Shown here: positions 55,821 through 64,000 of the stretch, one piece after another
Layout of the letters: each line of letters begins with the position of its first letter
Position numbering within the stretch: position 1 is the first letter of the stretch
Assembly (NCBI RefSeq): GCF_009914755.1
Contig: NC_060935.1
Reading direction: 5' to 3' (one strand)
Source: the human T2T-CHM13v2.0 reference genome, Homo sapiens
DNA length: 64,000 nt
Position numbers and translations under genes: made by a program
Notes under the pieces: model-generated
What the model was told of the DNA's origin: nothing
Seen by the model: the letters and a program-made list of their open reading frames with translations, nothing else
The model's database searches: none

Positions 55821-58800
55821 CCAGAAAACAACCAGAAACACAAAGTGGCAGTGGTAAGTCCTTACTTACCAATTATAGCATTGAATGTAAATGGACTAAA
55901 CTCTCCAATCAAAAGACACAGAGTGGCTGGATGGAGAAAAAAAAAAGAAAACAAGAATCTATAATCTGTTTCCTACCGAAAGCATACTTCACCTATAAAA
56001 ACACACATAGACAGAAAATAAATAAATAAAATAAAAAATATTTTATGCAAATGGAAGCCCCAAAAATAGCAGGAGTAGCTATATTTAACAAAATAGATTT
56101 CAAGATTAAAAACTATAAAAAAGACAAAGGAGGTAATTATGTAATAACAAAGGTGTCAATTCAGCAAAATAGTATAACAATTTTAAATGTATATGCCTCC
56201 AACAATGGATCACCCAGATATATAAAGCAAATATTGTTAGAGCTAAAGATAGATAAATACAAATACAATAATAGCTGGAAACATTGACACCCCCCTTTCA
56301 GCATTTGACAGATCATTCAGACAGAAAGCCAATAAAGAAACCTCAGACATAATCTGCACTATAGACCAAATGAAACTAAAAGATATTTACAGAAGGTTTT
56401 ATTCATTAGCTGAGGAATATACATACTTTTCATCATCACATAGATCAGTTTCAAGGAAAGACCACATCTTCAGCCATAAAACAAGTCTTAGGAAATTCAG
56501 AAAAAAATGAAATCATATCAAGTATCTTCTCTGACCACAATAAAATAAAACTAGAAATAATATGACAAACTTTAAAAAGTATACAAACACACAGAAAGTA
56601 AACCATATGCTCCTAAATGACCAATAAGTCAATGAATAAATTAAGAAGAAAATGGAAAAATTTATTGAAACAATAAAAATGAAAATGCAACATACCAAAA
56701 TCCATGTGATTCAATGCATTTATTACCATGAGAAAAGTTTATAGCAATAAGTGCCTACATCAACAAGGTAGTAAAACTTCCAATAAACAACTTAATAATG
56801 CTTTTTAAATAATTAAAAATACAGGAGCAAACCAAACCCAAACCATTTCTTCTTGTAGAAAAAAAAGAAATAAAATGATAAGAGCAGAAGCAAAATTGAA
56901 AGGGGAAAAGCAATACAAAATATAAACAAAATAAAAAGTTTTTTAATGGAAAGATAAACAGAATTGACAAACCTTTAGCCAGACTGATAAATAAAGAGGG
57001 ACGATCTAAATAAATAAAACAGAAATAAAGGAGACATTACAAATGATACTGAAGAAATTCAAAGGATCATCAGAGAATGGTATGTGAAACTGTACACTCA
57101 TAAATTGAAAAGCCTAGAAAAAATGGATAATTTCCTGGACCCATACAACCTACCAAGAGAACCACAAAGAAATCTAGAACCTGCATAGACCAATAACAAT
57201 TAATGTGATTAAAGATATAATAACAAGCCTCCTGGCCAAGAAAAACTTGGGACCTGGTGGTTTCACTGATGAATTTTACCAAACACTTAAAGAAAAACTA
57301 ATACCAATCCTACTCAAACTATTCTAAATGATAGAGGAGCAGGAACACCTACAAACTCATTCCAAACTTCTACCCCACCCAAATTCATTCTACATGACCA
57401 TTATTACACTGATACCAAAGTCAGAAAAGGAGACACCACAAAAAGAAACAGGCCAATATCCTTTGTGAACACTGATGCAAAAATCCTCAATAAAACACTG
57501 ACAAACCAAATTCAACAACATATTGAAAGGATCATTCACTATGACCAAGTGGGATTTATCTCAGGGATGCAAGGATGATTCATCATATGCAAATCAATCA
57601 GTGTGATACATTGTATTAACAGAAAGAAGGAAAAAAACATATGATCATTTCAACTGATGCTAAAAAATCAGTTGGTAAAATTCAACATGCCTTCATGATA
57701 AAAACCTTTAAAAGACTGGAAATGGAACATACTTGAACACAATAAAAGCCACATATGACAGACCCACAGCTAGTATCATACTGAATGGAGAAAATACTAA
57801 AAGTCTTTCCTCTAAGATCTGGAACATGAAAAGGATGCCCACTTTCACCACTGTAATTCACATAGTACTATTAGTCCCAGCTAGTGTTATCAGAAAATAT
57901 TAAAAATTAAGGGCATCCAAACTGGAAAGGAAGAAGTCAAATTATCGTTGTTTGTGAATAATTTGATAATACACAGAAAAACCAAAAGATTTCATGAAAA
58001 AAACTATTATAACTGATAAATAATTCAGTGAAGTTGCAGGATACAAAATCAACATACAAAGTGAGTAAAACTTTATTTGTCAACAGATAACAATCTGAAA
58101 AAGAAATCAAGAAAGTATTCTCATTTACAATAGCTACAAATAAAATCAAATGCTTAAAAATAAACTGATGCAAAGAAATGAAAAATCTGTACAATGGAAA
58201 CTATAAAACATTTATGCAAGAAATTGAAAAAGACACCAAAAAGTGGTAAGATACTCCACATTCATGGTTTGGAAGAATAAATATTGTTAAAATGTGCATG
58301 GTACCCAAAGCAATTTCCAGATTCAATGCAATCTCTACCAAAACACCAATGAAATTCTTCAGAGAAATAGAAAAAAAGAATCCTAAATGTATATGGACCC
58401 ACAAAAGACCTATAATAGCAAACATCATCCTAAGCAAAAGGAACAAAACTGGAGGAATCACATCACCTTATCAAAAATTATATTACAGAGCTATTGTAAC
58501 CAAAGCAGTATGTTACCTGCATAAAAACAGATACATAGACCAATTGAACAGAATAAAGATCACAGAAGTAAATCCATACATCTACCATGAACTCATTTTT
58601 GACAAAGATGTCAAGAACATACACTGGGGAAAGAACAGTCTCTTCAGTAAATGGTGCTAGAAATACTGATATCCATATGCAGTAGAACAAAACTAGACTT
58701 CTATCTCTTGCCATATACAAAAATCAAACCAACATGGATTAAAGACTTAAATCTAAGATCTCAAACTATGAAACTACTCAAGTAAAACCCTGAGAAAACT

Positions 58801-59005
58801 CTCTAGGACATTGGTGTGGGCAAATATTTCTTGAGTAATATACCCCAAAAGCCTTATATCCCCAACCAGAGAAAATATCCCCAACCAGAGCAAAAATGAA
58901 CAAATAGTATCATATCAAGTTAAAAAAAATTCCGCACATCAAAGGAAACAATAATCAAAGTGAAGAAGAAACACACAGAATGACAGAAAGCATTTGCAAA
59001 CTATC

Positions 59006-61339
59006 AACATTAGTCTGTTCTCATGCTGCTATAAAGAACTGCCCGAGACTGGGTAACTGATAAAGGAAAAAGGTTTAATTGACTTGCAGTTTCACATGTT
59101 TAGGGAGGTCTCAGGAAACTTACAATCATGGTGGAAAGGGAAGCAAACACATGCTTTTTCATATGGTGGCAGGAGATAGGAGTGCAGAGTGAAGGCAGAG
59201 AAGCCCCTTATAAAACCATCAGATCTTGTGAGAACTCACTATTGTAATAACAGCATGGGGGAACTGCCCCTATGATAGAATCACCACCCACAAGGTCTCT
59301 TCCCCAACACATGGGGATTGCAATTCCGATTACAATTCAAGATGAGATTTTGATGGGGATGCAGAGCCAGACCATATCATTCTGTCCCTGGTCCCTCCCA
59401 AACCTCATGTTTCTCACATTTCAAAACACAATTATACCTTCCCAACAGTTCCTCAACTTCTTAACTCACTTCAGTATTAACCCCAAATTCCAAGTCCATA
59501 GTCTCATCTGAGACAAGACATTTCCTTCTGCCTATGAGCCTGTAAAATCAAAAGGAAATTAGTTAATTTCAAGATATAATGAGGGTATAGGTACTGGATC
59601 AATGCACCCATTCCAAATTGGAGAAATTGGAGAAAATAAAGGGGCTACAGGCCCCATGCAAGTCCAAAATCTAGCGAGGTGGTCATTCAATCTTAAAGTT
59701 CCAAACTGACCTCCTTTGACTCACATCCAGGTCACACTGATGGAAGAGGTGGGCTCCCATGGCCTTGGGCAGCTCCACTCCTGTGGCTTTGCAGGTTACA
59801 ACCCCCCCTCCCAGCTGTTTTCATGCACTGGCATTGAGTACCTGTGGCTTTTCTAGGCACTCACTGGAAGCTGTCAGTGGATCTACCGTTCTAGGATCTG
59901 GAGAATGGTAGCTTTCTTCTTACAGATTCACTATGCTATTCCTTAGTGGGGACTCAGTGTGGGGACTCTGAACTCACCTTTCCCTTCTGCACTGCCTTAG
60001 CAGAGTTTCTCCATGAAGGCCTTGCTCCTGCAGCAAACTACTGCCTGGACATCCAGGCATTTCTATACATCTTCTGAAATCTAGACAGAAGTTCCCAAAC
60101 CTCAATCCTTGTCTTCTGTGCACCCACAGGACAAACACCACGTGGAAGCTACCAAGGCTTGGGGCTTGCACCCTGTGAAGCAATGGCCCAAGCTGTACTT
60201 TGGCCCATTTTAGCCATGGCTGGAACTGAAGCAGCTGGGATACAGGGCACCATGTCCTAGGTCTGCACAGAACAGCAGAGGCCTGGGCCCAGCCCAGGAA
60301 ACCATTTTTCCCTCCTAGGGCTCTGGGCCTATGATGGGAGGGGCTGCTGTGAAGGTCTCTCACATGCCTTGGGAAAATTTTCCCCATTGTTTCAGTGATT
60401 AACATTCGGCTCCTCATGCAAATTTCTGCAGCTGGCTTGAATTTCTCCCCAGAAAATGGGTTTTTGTTGTTTTATCATATTATCAGGCTGCAAATTTTCC
60501 AAACTTTTTTGCTTTGCTTCCTGTTGAATGCTTTGCTGCTTAGAAATTTTTTCCACCAGGTACCCAAAATTATCTCTCTCAAGTTCCATAGGTCTCTAGG
60601 GCAGGGGCAAAATGCTGCCAATCTCTTTGCTAAAGCATAGCAATAGTCATCTTTGCTCCAATTCCCAAAAAGTTACTCATCTCCCTCTGAGACCACCTCA
60701 ACACAGACTACATTGTTCATAACACTGTCAGCATTTTAGTCAAAGCCATTCAACAAGTCTCTAGGAAGTTCCAAACTTTCTCACATCTTTCTGTCTTCTG
60801 AGCCCTCTAAGTCCAAAGGGAGTTCCAAACTTTCCCACATTTTTCTATCTTCTTCTGAGCCCACCAAACTGTTCCATCCTCTTACTGTTACCTAGTTCCA
60901 AAGTCGCTTCCACATGTTCAGGTATCTTTATAGCAGCAACCCACTTCTTGTACCGATTTACTGTATTAGTCCGTTCTCACACTGCTATAAAGAACTGCCC
61001 AAGACCGGGTAATTTATAGAAGGAAGAGGCTTAATTAACTCACCTTTCTGCATGACTAGGGAGGCCTCAGGAAACTTACAATCATGATGGAAGGGGAAGC
61101 AAACACATCCTTTTCACATGGTGGGAGGAGAGAGAAGTGCAGAGCAAATGGGGAATAAGCCTCTTATAAATCCATCAGATCATGTGAGAACTCACTCACT
61201 ATCATGAGAAGAGCATGGGAGAACTGCTCCCAAGATCTAATTACTTCCCACGAGGTCCCTCTCCCAACACATGGTGAATACAATTTGGATTACAATTCAA
61301 GATGAGATTTGGGTGGTGACACAGAGCCTGACCATATCA
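59006..61339 (-). mobile_element. Complete THE1C/D MaLR element: LTR 59006-59379, internal 59380-60961, LTR 60962-61339
   Basis: Two similar LTRs (ttagtc.gttctca..ctgctataaagaactgccc...accatatca) around a ~1.58-kb THE1-int. Polypurine tract next to the 3' LTR (rc tgggagggaccagggacagaa). TSD ctatc / ctacc within L1 ORF2. Confidence 0.95.
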
Positions 61340-62714
61340 CTACCACCTGACAACAGAGTAAGAAGCAGAATGTATAAGGAGCTCAAACAACTCAATAGAA
61401 AATTAAAAGATCTAACAATCTGATTTTAAAAATGGGCAAAATATCTAAATATACATTTCTGTAAAGAAGATATATGAATGACAAACTGGTATAAGGAAAG
61501 ATGCTCAACATCACTGATTACCAGAAAATGCAAATCAAAACTACATTGAGATATCATCTCACCCCTGTTAAAATGGCTTTTATCCAAAACACAGGCAATA
61601 ATGAATACTGACAAAGATGTAGAGAAACGTGAACCCTCATACACTGTTGATGGTAGTGTAAATTAGTACAGCTACTATGGAGAACAGTATGGAGTGTCCT
61701 CAAAAATCTAAAAATAGTATTACCATATGATTCAGCCATCCACTGATAGGTATATACACAAAACAAAGGAAATCAGTATATCAAAGAGATATCTGCACTC
61801 CCGTGTTTACTGCAACACTATTCACAATAGTCAAGATTTGGAAGCAACCTAAGTGTCCATCAACAGATGAATTAATAAAGGAAATGTGGCACATATACAC
61901 AATGGAGTACCATTCAGTCATAAAAAAGAGTGAGTTCCTGTCATTCACAATAACTTGGATAGAACTGGAGAACATTATGTTAAGTGAAATAAGCCAGGCA
62001 CAGAAAGACAAAATTTGCATGCTCTAATTTGTGAGAGCTAAAAATTCAAACAATTAAACTCATGGAGATAAGAGAGTAGAATGATGGTTAGCAGAGGCTG
62101 GGAAGGAAGTAGTGGTGGGTCACTGGGGAGTGAGAATGGTTAATGGGTACAAAAGTATAGTTAGAGAAAATTAATAAGGGCTAGTATTTTGTACCATAAT
62201 AAGGTGATTACAGTAAACAACAATTTATTATACATTTAAAAATAACTAAAAGGGTATAACAGAAATTTTTTAACAGAAAAAATGGTAAACACTTGGGGTA
62301 ACAGATATTCCATATACACTGTTGTGATTATTATGCATCATATATCTGTATCAAAATATCTCATGTACCCCAGAAACATATACACCTACTATGTACCCAT
62401 AAAATTAAAAATGTTAAAAAATAAAGATAAAAGAAAAAAATTCAAAATATCCAAATTGAAAGAGTATCTCATAATACATATATGAATAAATATGCAAAAC
62501 CTATATGAAGAAATTAAAAAACATTTTGAGAGACAGAAAAGAACATCCCAATGAAGACAATATTGTAGGGAACATTATTGTTACCACTTAACTCAGGATT
62601 TAATAAAAACAGAACACTTTTTTAATTCAGTTACTTTTCAAATACAGACAATAAACCATGAACTTGCCCAACTATATGTGGGCTATAATATATGTTTATA
62701 ACTGTACTACAGGT

Positions 62715-63178
62715 TTTTTCAATTAATTAATTGAAAAAATAATACAGCATAAATTTATTCAATTAACACAAAATAAAATTAACCATTTCAAAGTATATGA
62801 TTCGGTGGTATATAATACATTCATAATGTTCTGCAACTACCAGTTATATCTAGTCTTCAAACACTTATTATCACAAAATAAAACCCCATGCCCATCAAGC
62901 AATCACTCTGATTCTCTCCTCACCTATCCCTGGCAACTATTAATCTGCTTTTTGTGTCAATTGATCCATGGGCTTTTTAAATATTTTCTATAAATAGAAT
63001 CACAGAATATATAGCTTTTTATGTCTAGTTTCACTTAGCATAATATCTTCAAGTTTCCTCCATTTTGTAGCATAAATATTAACATTTATCCTGGCTGAAT
63101 AATATTCCATGTATAGATATACCACACTTAAATTGTCTATTTACCTGTTGAAGGACATTTGAAATGCTTCCACTTTGC
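62715..63178 (-). mobile_element. L1MB7/8-like 3' end
   Basis: aaaattaaccatttcaaagtatatgattcggtgg...aaaccccatgcccatcaagcaatcactc...ccctggcaactattaatctgctt...tttcacttagcataat...ggctgaataatattccat. Confidence 0.82.
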
Positions 63179-63199
63179 TACAGGGTTTTAAAATAGATG

Positions 63200-63950
63200 T
63201 TATTAGAACTATATCAATGAGACTGAGAGAAAATTCCAAGAAAGTTCTGTGAACATATACTATATAAATAAGTATTATTTGGTATAATATTAAGGAGGAA
63301 AGTTTTGAATAATTTAACAAGTTGACATTGGAGTAGTCAATTGGGGATAAATTAATCTGGAGCTATTCTGCATTTGTTAGGATAATATACAGATGAATAT
63401 TTACATAATCTTGGATGGAGGAAATACTTTCTAATCATGACATTAAAGACACTAGAATAGATTTGACTAAAGATTCAATAAAGTTGAGAGAAGAGTTAAA
63501 TTACGCTATGATCTTTAACCTGTGAAGAATCATCAAAACCATAAGCAGGTAATTTGTTGACAAAACTCTAATTCTGAGCAGAATAAAATATAAAATATAC
63601 TCAACTTTATATTGGAAAAAAATTTAAAAGACTATTGATGTGCATTTTTGTTGTTAAAAATTATACACACAAAAAGTGATAATGGGAATGTAAAGGGAAA
63701 TGATGCATTTTGAGGGCTATTTGGCATTATGTATCTACGGCTTTAATAGAGTCCATATTCTTCTACTTCTCAACTGCTGGGAATTTAGACCAAAGCATCA
63801 ATCTTGCAAGTGCACAAATAATTATCTGCTGGCATATTAATCTCTGCTCTGTTTTCAAATTAAAAATATAAGCAACCTATGTCCAATATAAAAACCTATA
63901 TTACCTAAATATTTACATATAATAAAAATAAATAAATAAATAAAAAATCC
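63200..63950 (+). mobile_element. Highly decayed L1ME-like fragments
   Basis: gaatatttacataatcttggatggaggaaatactttctaatcatgaca, tgatgggaatgtaaa-like motif, ggctatttggcatta, aagcaacctatgtcca. Confidence 0.5.
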
Positions 63951-64000
63951 AGTTTCATTCATTTCTTATCATTATTATATAGATTGGGACTGGCCAGTTT

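Larger units (their letters stand above)
52278..62440 (+). mobile_element. Full-length decayed L1MA1-3-like element (L1M1-type 5' end) hosting MST and THE1 insertions
   Basis: Starts gggcaggaggcagagcaagatggctgaatagaa. Internally repeated 5'UTR, ORF1/ORF2 remnants (e.g. 58292-58660 [19 protein letters not shown]). 3' end atctcatgtaccccagaaacatatacacctactatgtacccataaaattaaaaa. Confidence 0.92.

Noticed and set aside
59974-60417. Longest ORF in the track (147 aa)
   Set aside because: It lies wholly within THE1-int, starts at GTG, and is a decayed MaLR internal reading.

Overview
Non-coding, AT-rich, LINE-dense primate genomic DNA, probably human or another great ape (it holds an L1PA2-type 3' end and several AluY copies). 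I find no supportable protein-coding gene, tRNA, rRNA or CRISPR array. The listed ORFs are L1 ORF1/ORF2 remnants, Alu/LTR read-throughs or chance ORFs in low-complexity sequence. Well over half the window is transposon-derived. Three long, decayed + strand L1s dominate: L1PA15-17-like at ~11.2-18.1 kb, L1MA4A-like at ~34.8-42.3 kb and L1MA1-3-like at ~52.3-62.4 kb. Each hosts later insertions: an ERV1 solo LTR containing an Alu, further Alus, an L1PA fragment, an MST LTR and a complete THE1 element. An MLT2 LTR is split by a twin-primed, inverted L1PA7-like element that also carries a younger L1PA3/4 in its tail. The rest includes MaLR LTRs, MIR/L2 relics, MER20 x3, MER58 and a MADE1 hairpin. 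I see no new biological system. The best leads are a CpG-retaining CTCF-like site in an old L1 5'UTR, a miR-548-like MADE1 hairpin, the twin-priming/nested L1 junctions, and repeated local templated duplications. Subfamily names come from recalled consensus motifs, not from a RepeatMasker/Dfam run.
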